From Gemmatimonadota bacterium (lineage in GTDB: Bacteria; Gemmatimonadota; Gemmatimonadetes; Gemmatimonadales; GWC2-71-9), in assembly GCA_039586365.1 (NCBI GenBank), contig JBDHKN010000096.1:1-16900 (forward strand): a stretch of DNA of 16,900 bases, in the 5' to 3' direction. The position numbers and the translations under genes were made by a program. Shown one piece after another: positions 7,060 through 15,731 of the stretch. The notes under the pieces were generated by a model, which made no database searches, had not been told where the DNA came from, and saw only the letters and a list, made by a program, of their open reading frames with translations. Each line of letters opens with the position of its first letter. Position 1 is the stretch's first letter.

Positions 7060-8646
7060 GTGAATCAACCGGAACGTCGCTTCCTCACCATCGCGGAGGA
7101 GCAAGACCGCGCCGATCGCGAAGGCGGTCGTCCGGCCAGCAGTATCCCGCCGGTGCTGCTCCGCCAGGCGACCGGACGAATCCCGCTGGTTTGCCTCACA
7201 ATTGCCGCCGGGTTCGGACTCGGCTGGCTCGGCACGACCGCGTTCGCGGGCGACCTACCTGCCGAATTCTCCGACTTCTTTCAGTGGGGGCCGCCCTCGA
7301 TCGTCATCGTGACCTCGCTCGCCTTGTTTGGCGTAGCACGGCGCAATTGGGTGTCGCCCACAACCCTCGTCAACCTCGGATTGGTTTACGAAGTCCTGGT
7401 GAGCCACGCTCTGGCGCTCACCCAGTATGCGGGGGCATTCGAAGGCATGCTACCAGGAGATATCAACCGAGATCGGATAGGCTGGGGCGTCGTCGCCCTG
7501 TTCATGATAGTCTACACCGCGGTCGTCCCGACCATACCGCGCCGGGCGGTGTTGGCCCTCATTGCGTCGGCCACCGCCGTTCCCGCAGTGTACCTGGTGT
7601 CCGTGAGCATCGGTGAGGCGCCGCCGCTGCAGGCGGGCCAATTCCTCCTCGCATTTGTATTCCCATACGTATTCGTAGTGTTGTTGGCCTATTTCCCCGC
7701 GAGAATCATCTATGGCCTCGGCGAAGATGTGCGTCGCGCCCGGGAGATGGGCAGCTACCGACTCGAGAAGTTGCTCGGGAAAGGGGGTATGGGTGAGGTG
7801 TGGCAGGCCTCGCACCGGATGCTGGCACGACCGGCAGCGGTGAAGCTCATCAGTAGCGACGCTCCCGGTCTCGACGCCGCCAGACTGGGCGGCGCCCTGG
7901 TTAGGTTCGAGCGCGAGGCCCAGGTGACAGCCAGCCTGCAGTCGGCGCACACGGTCGAGTTGTACGACTTCGGAACGGCAGATGACGGCGCGCTGTACTA
8001 CGTGATGGAGCTGTTGGAGGGAGTCGATCTGGATCAAGTGGTAAAGAAATGGGGGCCACTGCCTCCTGAGCGGGTCATCTACATTCTGGGGCAGGTGTGT
8101 GCGTCGCTGGGCGAAGCACACCAGCGGGGCCTGGTGCACCGGGACATCAAGCCCGCCAACATCTTCCTGTGCCAGCGAGCCTTCGAATACGATTTCGTGA
8201 AGGTGCTCGATTTCGGTCTGGTCAAAGGACGCTCCAGCATCGATCCCATCGAGCATCCGCCGCTTTCCAGGGTTGGATTCGTCATCGGTACACCAGCCTA
8301 CCTGGCTCCCGAGATGGTGATGGGTGAGGAACCCGACGGGCGCGCCGACCTCTACGCTCTGGGCTGCGTGGCCTACTGGCTGCTGACGGGCCAGGTCGTG
8401 TTCGAGGAGAAATCGATCCCCGCCCTGCTGGTCGCCCACACACAGAAGGAACCGGTACGCCCCAGTGTACGTTCTGGCCGGGTGATGCCGGACGGGTTGG
8501 ACGATCTGGTGCTGGACTGCCTCGCCAAGGATCCGGACCACCGCGTGCAGAGCGCCGACGCGCTGGCCCAGCGCCTGGGCGAGATCGCCCTGGTTGAGCC
8601 GTGGTCCAACGCCAGCGCGAAGCAATGGTGGGCTGACCATGTCTGA
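7060..8646 (+). CDS. Ser/Thr protein kinase with an N-terminal multi-pass (about 6 TM) membrane domain
   Basis: About six hydrophobic segments, then GKGGMGEVW, AAVK, HRDIKPAN, DFGL, GTPAYLAPE, DLYALG. GTG 7060 is preferred over the track's TTG 7021, but the start is uncertain. Confidence 0.93.
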   Translation: MNQPERRFLTIAEEQDRADREGGRPASSIPPVLLRQATGRIPLVCLTIAAGFGLGWLGTTAFAGDLPAEFSDFFQWGPPSIVIVTSLALFGVARRNWVSPTTLVNLGLVYEVLVSHALALTQYAGAFEGMLPGDINRDRIGWGVVALFMIVYTAVVPTIPRRAVLALIASATAVPAVYLVSVSIGEAPPLQAGQFLLAFVFPYVFVVLLAYFPARIIYGLGEDVRRAREMGSYRLEKLLGKGGMGEVWQASHRMLARPAAVKLISSDAPGLDAARLGGALVRFEREAQVTASLQSAHTVELYDFGTADDGALYYVMELLEGVDLDQVVKKWGPLPPERVIYILGQVCASLGEAHQRGLVHRDIKPANIFLCQRAFEYDFVKVLDFGLVKGRSSIDPIEHPPLSRVGFVIGTPAYLAPEMVMGEEPDGRADLYALGCVAYWLLTGQVVFEEKSIPALLVAHTQKEPVRPSVRSGRVMPDGLDDLVLDCLAKDPDHRVQSADALAQRLGEIALVEPWSNASAKQWWADHV

Positions 8647-11251
8647 GGAGTGGAGGACACCCAGCGTGGCTCTCCGCTCCCGGCTCTCTGATCCTGGCTC
8701 TCCGCTCCCGGCTCTCCGCTCCCGGCTCTCCGCTCCCGGCTCCCTGCTCCCTCAACTACACCCAGCGGTTGCCATCCTGGCCGCGCTTCTGGTTTGCGCT
8801 CCGCAGGCGGTAGTCGCGCAGACCATCAGGGGCGCCGTCGTGGATGCCGTGTCGCGCGCGCCCGTCGGGACCGGCTTCCTGGTGCTGCTCGATGCCGACA
8901 GCACCGAGGTCGCGCGCACCCTGTGGTCGTCAGACGGCCGCTTCACACTGCGGGCGCCGCGCGGCGGCAGCTACCGGCTGCGATCAGAGCGCATCGGGTA
9001 TCGTGCCTTCGTCACCGACCTGCTGGAGGTCCCGGCGAGCGGTGCAATCGAGCACGATCTCACAATCAGCGCGTTGCCGGTCGCACTCAACACGGTAGAG
9101 GTGCGGGGCCGGGACCGCTGTCAGGTGAACCCCGTGCGCGCCGAGGAGACCGCCCTGGCATGGGAGGAGATCCGCAAAGCGCTCGCAGCCGCCGCGTGGG
9201 AGGGCAACGAGCAACTGTACCGGTTCCACAGGTACACCTACGTCCGGGAGGTGAATCGCAACGGGCGCGACATCATGCGGGAGGAGGGGCAAGTCGCCAC
9301 CGCGGTGGCGACGCAGCAGTATGTGAGTCTCACGGCGGAGCAACTGGCCGAGTACGGCTACGTGGTGACGATCAAGGGTGACTTGGTCTACTACATACCG
9401 GACGTGGACGTGCTGCTGGACGATGCCTTTCTCAACACTCACTGCTTCCACGTAGTGCGCGATCCCGCCGAGCATGCGGGGCTGGTCGGTCTGGCGTACG
9501 AGCCAATGACCGAGCGGGACCGCACGGAGGTGCGCGGGATTCTGTGGATCGACGAGTCCACGTCGGAGCTGCGCACGATGGAGGTAGGCTTCACGGAGAT
9601 CCCTGGTCGAGTCACCGATGAACGCATCGGAGGGACGCTCGACTTCATGCAACTGCCCTCGGGCGCGTGGATCGTACAGCGCTGGGAGATACGCACTCCC
9701 GTGCTGCGGTGGCGCGGCTCCGCCGACCCGGCTATAAGGACGCGGCGCGAGCGGGCGGCCATACGGTATTTCCAGCACTCCGGTGGCGAGATACTGGAGA
9801 TCACGGCGCGCGACGGCTCCAAGACTCATCCGGCTACTCTGGCACATGTGACCGGTGCGATCTTCGACTCCACCCGGATCGAACCACTGGCGGGAGTACG
9901 GGTCACCATAACCGGTACCGACTTCGTGGATGAAACGGACAGCGAGGGTGAGTTTCATCTGGCGGTACCCCTCGAGGGTGACTACGCGGTCAACTTTGCG
10001 CACCCGTACTTGGACTCCATCGGGTTCGCTGCGCCCGATCAAAAACTCAGCTTAGCGCGCGGGTCCGAGAGTTCCGCCTCCTTTGCGATTCCCCCCGCCA
10101 CGGCCATGACCGAGCGCCTCTGCGGGGAGAGTCCCGGCAACATGGAGGGCAAGGTAGTCGTGGGGCTCGTCACGGGACCGGACGGAGACCCTGTCTCTGA
10201 CGCCACGGTGACGGCATCCTGGCAGCGGGTCGCTCCCACGGACAGCGGATTCGTCTCGAGTGACTTTGAGCTGAGCGCGCTCACGGACGAGTCGGGGTCC
10301 TATGCCCTCTGCGGTATCCCGGTAGGGCGACCGGTAGAGCTGCGGGCGGTGCACAAGTCAGCTGAGAGCGGGAGGCTAGAGGTCATCTTCCCGTGGACGG
10401 CCGACGGCCAGCTGCTCATGGCGTGGAACCGCATGCCGGGGGAACCCTATCCCGAGTCTCATTCGCTGGTGCGCCCGATCTGGAAAGTGGATCCCCAGCT
10501 GGAGGACGGAGACCGGCCAGGGCAAGGAGTTACCGGGACAAGGGTGGTGAAAGGCATGGTTGCCGACCGCATGACCGGGCGCGGCCTGGAGGGAGTAACG
10601 GTCGACCTCAACGGCACCATGACGACAACCACGCGGCCGGACGGCACGTTTGATCTGGCCGGTGTCACTTGGGCTCCGGGAACCAACCGAATCTCGTTTC
10701 GACAGCTGGCATATCGGCCCTGGATTCAGGAGTTGCACGTCGAGCCGGACAGGTCGAAGCTGGTCGTGAGCGTGCTGCTCACCTCGAATGCGATCGCCCT
10801 GGATCCGGTGGTGGTGGAGGCCGAACGGGTCCGCCGCTCACGCTACCTCGAGAACCAAGGGTTCTATCGCCGGAGAGAAAAGGGCTTGGGATACCATGTG
10901 TCCCCTGAGCGGATCGAGCAACGGCGTGCCGAGGTTGCCGACGTCTCCGATTTCATCATGGGTATGCCCGGCGTCACGATCATGGATCTACCCGAGCCGA
11001 TCGAGGGACTGTCAGGCAGGTTGCTGATGTTGGGACACGGCAGCCGGCGCTGCGTGCCGAACGTGTACGTCGACAATGTCCCATACAACTACGACGGGAC
11101 CGTCCGAGACCTGGAGGTCATCGCACGGCCAGAGGATGTCTACGCGATCGAGATCTACCAGCGCTCATCGGAAATACCGGTAGAATACGCTACTGGCGGA
11201 GCCCAGTGTGTCTTGGTGTTCTGGACGCGCCGGGGAGTCGGACCGCCGTAG
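8639..11251 (+). CDS. Secreted protein with four carboxypeptidase-regulatory-like beta-sandwich repeats and a C-terminal TonB-receptor-plug-like domain
   Basis: Signal peptide ...AVAILAALLVCAPQAVVA|QT. Repeats IRGAVVDAVSRAPV, VTGAIFDSTRIEPLAGVRV, VVGLVTGPDGDPVSDATV, VKGMVADRMTGRGLEGVTV. Tail GFYRRRE.G.G...MPGV...VYVDNV...PEDVYAIEIY...VLVFWTRRG. Start is ATG 8639 (overlaps the kinase end) or GTG 8666 (GGAGG at 8652-8656). Confidence 0.85.
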   Translation: MSEEWRTPSVALRSRLSDPGSPLPALRSRLSAPGSLLPQLHPAVAILAALLVCAPQAVVAQTIRGAVVDAVSRAPVGTGFLVLLDADSTEVARTLWSSDGRFTLRAPRGGSYRLRSERIGYRAFVTDLLEVPASGAIEHDLTISALPVALNTVEVRGRDRCQVNPVRAEETALAWEEIRKALAAAAWEGNEQLYRFHRYTYVREVNRNGRDIMREEGQVATAVATQQYVSLTAEQLAEYGYVVTIKGDLVYYIPDVDVLLDDAFLNTHCFHVVRDPAEHAGLVGLAYEPMTERDRTEVRGILWIDESTSELRTMEVGFTEIPGRVTDERIGGTLDFMQLPSGAWIVQRWEIRTPVLRWRGSADPAIRTRRERAAIRYFQHSGGEILEITARDGSKTHPATLAHVTGAIFDSTRIEPLAGVRVTITGTDFVDETDSEGEFHLAVPLEGDYAVNFAHPYLDSIGFAAPDQKLSLARGSESSASFAIPPATAMTERLCGESPGNMEGKVVVGLVTGPDGDPVSDATVTASWQRVAPTDSGFVSSDFELSALTDESGSYALCGIPVGRPVELRAVHKSAESGRLEVIFPWTADGQLLMAWNRMPGEPYPESHSLVRPIWKVDPQLEDGDRPGQGVTGTRVVKGMVADRMTGRGLEGVTVDLNGTMTTTTRPDGTFDLAGVTWAPGTNRISFRQLAYRPWIQELHVEPDRSKLVVSVLLTSNAIALDPVVVEAERVRRSRYLENQGFYRRREKGLGYHVSPERIEQRRAEVADVSDFIMGMPGVTIMDLPEPIEGLSGRLLMLGHGSRRCVPNVYVDNVPYNYDGTVRDLEVIARPEDVYAIEIYQRSSEIPVEYATGGAQCVLVFWTRRGVGPP
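8668..8751 (+). repeat. Coding tandem repeat, 6 x 14 bp (12 heptamers), consensus GGCTCTCCGCTCCC
   Basis: ggctctc cgctccc ggctctc tgatcct ggctctc cgctccc ggctctc cgctccc ggctctc cgctccc ggctccc tgctccc = 84 bp. Confidence 0.92.
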
Positions 11252-11412
11252 CGACGCGCTCCAGTTGTCTTCCCCCCCGCCGGACCGCACCCAGTCCATG
11301 CCTCCAGGTGGCGAAGCTGAGCGTTGGGTGGGAGATTATCAGCGGGTTGGGGCGCCGAAGCGATGGGCGCGGGGACCTGGCGATCGATAGCCCCACCAAT
11401 GGAGGTGCAACC

Positions 11413-12135
11413 ATGGGCGCGAAGCACACAGTATCAATGTTGACCCTCGGCCTAATCGCGGGCAGCCTGCTATTGCGGCCCGGTCCAGTAGCGGCGCAAC
11501 AACCGGTGTCGGTGGGACAGCCTATGCCGGACTTTACGCTCCCGGCGCTCCAGGGAGGAGACGTCACTCTTTCCGACCTGAGGGGCAAGACCGTGCTGCT
11601 CATTTTCCCGCGCGGGAAGTCAGGTGGCGGCTGGTGTCATGTGTGCCACTACCAGTACGCCGAACTAGCCGCATTCGACCAGCAGGAAGGACTGCGGGCC
11701 AACCACAACGTCGAGGCCCTGTTCGTGTTGCCGTACGGCAGAGAGCTGGTGAAGGAGTGGGTGGACAAGTTTCCGGCTCAACTGCAGGACATAGAGGACT
11801 GGAAGAACCCACCCGACCAGGCGAACCTGGACGAACGCCAGAGGGCGCGGATGGAGACGGCAAAGCAGTACTACCCCAAGCAATTCAACTACACCGCGGG
11901 CAACGTGCCAGTACCGTTCCCGATCCTCATTGACGCCGACAGGGCGGTCTCCGAGCGGCTGAGGTTGTTCACCACCAACTGGAGCGGAGCCGAGGCGGAG
12001 CAGAACGTACCAACGATCTTTGTGATGGATGGCAATGGGGTAGTGCAGTTCAAGTACCACAGCCAGAACACGCTCGACCGGCCCGGTCCGGACTACCTGG
12101 TGAGAGTGATCGAGCAGCTGGTTCCGCACGACTGA
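11413..12135 (+). CDS. Secreted AhpC/TSA (redoxin, thioredoxin-fold) family protein with WCHVC active site
   Basis: GGAGG at 11401-11405 precedes ATG 11413; signal peptide ending PVAA|QQ; VGQPMPDFTLP...VTLSDLRGKTVLLIFPRG...WCHVC; FPILIDAD; PTIFVMDGNGVVQF. Confidence 0.88.
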   Translation: MGAKHTVSMLTLGLIAGSLLLRPGPVAAQQPVSVGQPMPDFTLPALQGGDVTLSDLRGKTVLLIFPRGKSGGGWCHVCHYQYAELAAFDQQEGLRANHNVEALFVLPYGRELVKEWVDKFPAQLQDIEDWKNPPDQANLDERQRARMETAKQYYPKQFNYTAGNVPVPFPILIDADRAVSERLRLFTTNWSGAEAEQNVPTIFVMDGNGVVQFKYHSQNTLDRPGPDYLVRVIEQLVPHD

Positions 12136-12398
12136 CGGACACCGGCGCGGAACAGACTGCGCGAATGGAAATGGTGGCCGACGGCGGCCGGCTGCGCTGC
12201 CGCGGTCCACCTAGCCAATCCTCGTATTTCGCTTAATACTCTACTGTCGCCCCCACAGCCACAGTGCGTGCGGGCCAGCGCGCCGGTGGCCTATCGCCCG
12301 AGACCCACCAAGCCTGCGGGGCATAGCAGAGCACCCGCCTGGCAGCAGAGCGGTAGGGTCCGCGCGGAAGGTGATCGGCGATCTAGCCGGAGTGGATC

Positions 12399-14999
12399 AT
12401 GAGACCGATTCTGAGCGGAGTCATCTGCGTAGTACTCGTCTCGTCGCTGCAACCTCTCAGCACGTTCGGCCAGCGAACCGTCGCGCCTCCGCCGGTAATC
12501 CCCGATTCAGTCACCCTAGTCCCCGGTGCTCGGTATGCCAAGAGTGGTTTCGTGAGATTCTTCGCAGGCGCGGGACATCGCGACCTGTGGACCGTGCCGC
12601 TCAAGGTAGAGGTAGTTGATCTAGCGAGGTTTGGTGGCGGTCTCACGCCACTGAGATTAGGCGGCGGTATGACCACGCGGACTCTGCACGCGCTCGGAAA
12701 CGACGGCAAACGTTACGTGTGCCGTTCGGTCGAGAAGTACGCGGGACAGGGTATCATCGAAGAGCTGCGAGGGACGATCTACGAAGCTATCCTGCAAGAC
12801 CAGATCAGCAGCTTCCATCCCTCAGGAGCACTCGTCCTTCCTGCGCTGCTGCAATCCGTCGGCGTACTGCACGTGGAGCCGGTGTTGCGGGTGCTGCCGG
12901 ACGACCCGCGGCTGGCGGAGTTCGGCGACCTGCTGGGCGGCGAGTTGGTGCTGATCGAGGAACGGCCCGACGAAGGCCCTGACGAAACTCCGGGCTTTGC
13001 CGGCAGCCGCAGAATCGTGAATACCTCTGATTTCCTGGAGGAACTCGAGGAGGATCCGCGCAACCAGTTGGATTCGCGTGGCTACCTGACTGCGCGGTTG
13101 ATAGACCTGCTGGTCGGTGACCGCGACAAGAGTGTCAACAACTGGTGGTGGGCCAGGTTCGACCACGGCGGCGGGTATGAGTGGCGGCCCATACCAAGGG
13201 ATCGGGATCAAGCTTTCATTCAGCTCGACGGCGCAGCCAAGGTACTGCTCAGACTGTACGAGCCACGGCTGGTGAGGTTCAGCCAAGCTGTTCCCAACGT
13301 CGCGGGGGTGACCCGCAGCGCCTGGGATATCGACCGGCCGCTCCTGATCGGACTCGAGAGACCGGTGTGGGACTCGGTCGTTACAGCGGTGCAGCATCGG
13401 CTCACCGACTCCGTCATCGCCACGGCAGTCGAGCACATGCCGCCGGAACACGTACGGTTGTTCGGCCAAAAGATGACCGAGCGGCTCCGGGCGCGGCGGG
13501 ACCGGCTACAGGAAGCCGCCGACCAACTCTATCGGATCGTGGCCCGATACGCGGACGTCCACGCCACCGATGTCTCGGAACGGGCCGTGGTGGACTGGAC
13601 TGACGACGACCATGTGAGCGTCACGGTCTTTACGGCGGCACCCGACGCCGTGCCGCGTGGCGAGTCCGTCTACTTGACGAGGAGCTTCGATCGTAGGGAG
13701 ACCCGCGAGATACGACTCTATCTCCACGGTGGCGACGATCGCGTGGTAGTGCGTGGCAATGGAAGGAACAACGTCAAGTTGCGCATCGTCGGAGGAGGTG
13801 GAACCGACGAACTCGTCGACTCTTCCGCAGTAGGGGGGCGCCGGATCTACTTCTACGACGCCGGTGGCAGAACCAACTTAGCCCCGGGGTCCGGCGTGGT
13901 GCTGGTACGGCGTGACGCCCCGCACCCCCAGTCGTGGGGGGAGACCGGGCCGCTCAGTCCCGATTGGGGAGCCAAGTGGCTGCCCCGACCGGCGTTCCCC
14001 TACACGTCCGACCTGGGGATTCTGATCTACGCCGGTGCGACTCGCACGACGTACGGTTTCCTCAAGGACCCCAACAAATCCACACTGCTGCTAGGCGCCG
14101 GGTTTGCACCCAGGGATGCCAAGTATGTCGCCGATCTGGTGTACCAGGCACGCGACGTCGTGCCAGGAGTACACGGCTCGTTCGAGCTCGGCTACTCGGG
14201 CATCGAGACGCTGCACTTCTACGGCTTCGGCAACGACACCGAGGAAACCGAGTCCCGCGATTTCTACAAATTGCGGCGCGGTCGGCTGCTGGTGAGACCG
14301 TCGCTGACGACGTCGCTGGCGCAGCAGGTTGAGCTGGATTTCGCCCTGCGATTCGAGGCATCGGAGACCGACACTCTGCCAGACGAACCCAACCTGGTCT
14401 CACAGACGCGTCCCTACGGAGTGGGACGATTTCTGCATGCGGGAGCAGAGGTTGCAGTGAGACTGGACACGCGTGACAGTCCCGGGGCGGCGACGCGCGG
14501 CATTCTGGTCGCAGGCGGAGCTCAGTTCTTCCCCGCCCTGCTGGATGTCGATCAGGGCAACTTCGGTAAGGTCACCGGAAGCGCATCGGTTTACCTGCCT
14601 TTCTCCCACTCCGGGAACCAAACCCTGGCGCTAGGGATCGCAGCCGAAAAGTTGTGGGGCAACTATCCGTTCTACGAGGCGGCTTTCCTCGGTGGGCCCC
14701 ACATGTTACGGGGCTTCCGCACCGAACGGTTTGCGGGAGATGCGGCCTTGTTAGGCAGGGCGGAGTTCCGCGTCCTGCTGGGTCATCTCGGTCTGCTGGT
14801 TCCCTGGGATGTCGGAGTGTTCGCATTCGCGGATGCTGGTCGCGTGTACGAAGCGGGCGCGAGCCCCGGAGGCTGGCACGTCTCGGCGGGAGGTGGGATC
14901 TGGGGCGCCCCGCTCTATCGTGAGTTCACCGGTAACATCACGCTGGCGACAAGCAGCGAAGGCATAGCACTGTACATCGGCAGTGGCTTCGGGTTCTGA
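12399..14999 (+). CDS. Omp85 (BamA/TamA)-family outer membrane protein with an N-terminal kinase-like domain
   Basis: Signal peptide; C-terminal amphipathic strands with LDTRDSPGAATRG and LGGPHMLRGFRTERFAGDA (variant of the Omp85 VRGF loop motif); terminal Phe (GSGFGF). GGAG upstream of the ATG. Confidence 0.85.
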   Translation: MRPILSGVICVVLVSSLQPLSTFGQRTVAPPPVIPDSVTLVPGARYAKSGFVRFFAGAGHRDLWTVPLKVEVVDLARFGGGLTPLRLGGGMTTRTLHALGNDGKRYVCRSVEKYAGQGIIEELRGTIYEAILQDQISSFHPSGALVLPALLQSVGVLHVEPVLRVLPDDPRLAEFGDLLGGELVLIEERPDEGPDETPGFAGSRRIVNTSDFLEELEEDPRNQLDSRGYLTARLIDLLVGDRDKSVNNWWWARFDHGGGYEWRPIPRDRDQAFIQLDGAAKVLLRLYEPRLVRFSQAVPNVAGVTRSAWDIDRPLLIGLERPVWDSVVTAVQHRLTDSVIATAVEHMPPEHVRLFGQKMTERLRARRDRLQEAADQLYRIVARYADVHATDVSERAVVDWTDDDHVSVTVFTAAPDAVPRGESVYLTRSFDRRETREIRLYLHGGDDRVVVRGNGRNNVKLRIVGGGGTDELVDSSAVGGRRIYFYDAGGRTNLAPGSGVVLVRRDAPHPQSWGETGPLSPDWGAKWLPRPAFPYTSDLGILIYAGATRTTYGFLKDPNKSTLLLGAGFAPRDAKYVADLVYQARDVVPGVHGSFELGYSGIETLHFYGFGNDTEETESRDFYKLRRGRLLVRPSLTTSLAQQVELDFALRFEASETDTLPDEPNLVSQTRPYGVGRFLHAGAEVAVRLDTRDSPGAATRGILVAGGAQFFPALLDVDQGNFGKVTGSASVYLPFSHSGNQTLALGIAAEKLWGNYPFYEAAFLGGPHMLRGFRTERFAGDAALLGRAEFRVLLGHLGLLVPWDVGVFAFADAGRVYEAGASPGGWHVSAGGGIWGAPLYREFTGNITLATSSEGIALYIGSGFGF

Positions 15000-15014
15000 G
15001 CCACCATTGGCTGC

Positions 15015-15557
15015 CTACCGCTTCAGCTTCTCCAGATACTGCCGCCGCAGCTTGGCCACCTTGGGTGCGATCACCGCCTGGCAGTAGGACTGATTCGGGT
15101 TGCGCTCGTAGTAGTCCCGGTGGTAGGACTCGGCCGGGTAGAATGCCTCGAGCGGCACCAACTCGGTCACAATCGGCTCGTCCCAAACCTGGGCTGCGCT
15201 GAGTTGTGCCATCACGTCTAGCGCCGCCGACCGTTGTGCGTCCGAGTGATAGAAGATGGCCGAACGATACTGCGTGCCTACGTCAGCGCCCTGTCGATTG
15301 AGCGTGGTTGGGTCGTGGATGGTGAAGAAGATTTGGAGCAGGTCGGGATAAGAAACCACGGTCGGATCGAACGTGAGCTGCACGACTTCCGCGTGGCCTG
15401 TCGCACCACTACACACCAGCTCGTAGGACGGATTGGTGACGTGCCCGCCGGCGTACCCGGACACCACGCCTTCGACGCCTCTGATCTGGCTGTACACAGC
15501 CTCGAGACACCAGAAACAGCCACCTGCAAGTGTAGCAACTTGTCTATTCGAAGACAT
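15015..15557 (-). CDS. msrA: Peptide-methionine (S)-S-oxide reductase MsrA
   Basis: GGCFWC catalytic motif, SGYAGG, GATGHAEVVQ, HDPTTLNRQGADVGTQYRS, FYPAESYHRDYY..N...YC. Start ATG 15557 (MSSNRQVATL) rather than the track's 15653. Confidence 0.97.
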   Translation of the reverse strand: MSSNRQVATLAGGCFWCLEAVYSQIRGVEGVVSGYAGGHVTNPSYELVCSGATGHAEVVQLTFDPTVVSYPDLLQIFFTIHDPTTLNRQGADVGTQYRSAIFYHSDAQRSAALDVMAQLSAAQVWDEPIVTELVPLEAFYPAESYHRDYYERNPNQSYCQAVIAPKVAKLRRQYLEKLKR

Positions 15558-15680
15558 CAGAGGGTCCAATCTGCCAATAGTATAGAGCCGTCTTGATACA
15601 ACACGCAGGTCGCGCTGGCTGTTCCACACACCAAGGATCCGCCCGCTTACCACCGCCTTCCGTTAGGCTACGGTTGGTGG

Positions 15681-15721
15681 AGCTCAGCGTTGACAGCTGA
15701 CAGCTGTCAACCGAAAGAGCT
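15681..15721. other. Inverted repeat / hairpin (possible terminator or binding site)
   Basis: GTTGACAGCTG-A-CAGCTGTCAAC has perfect 11-bp arms (15689-15711), flanked by AGCTC/GAGCT and followed by an AT-rich stretch. Confidence 0.6.
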
Positions 15722-15731
15722 TGTTAATATG

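Noticed and set aside
7450..8640. 396-aa antisense ORF (likewise 5089..5823, 8984..10042 and 12822..13469)
   Set aside because: Long antisense frames are expected opposite high-GC genes, and the sense genes carry clear family motifs.
11206..11412. N-terminal extension of the redoxin ORF
   Set aside because: It overlaps the upstream gene; the strong GGAGG and the signal peptide point to ATG 11413.
15558..15653. N-terminal extension or signal peptide on MsrA
   Set aside because: Not hydrophobic, and family similarity begins just after ATG 15557.
15662..15668. GTTAGGC integron attC core
   Set aside because: No complementary RYYYAAC at a suitable distance, no cassette array and no integrase.
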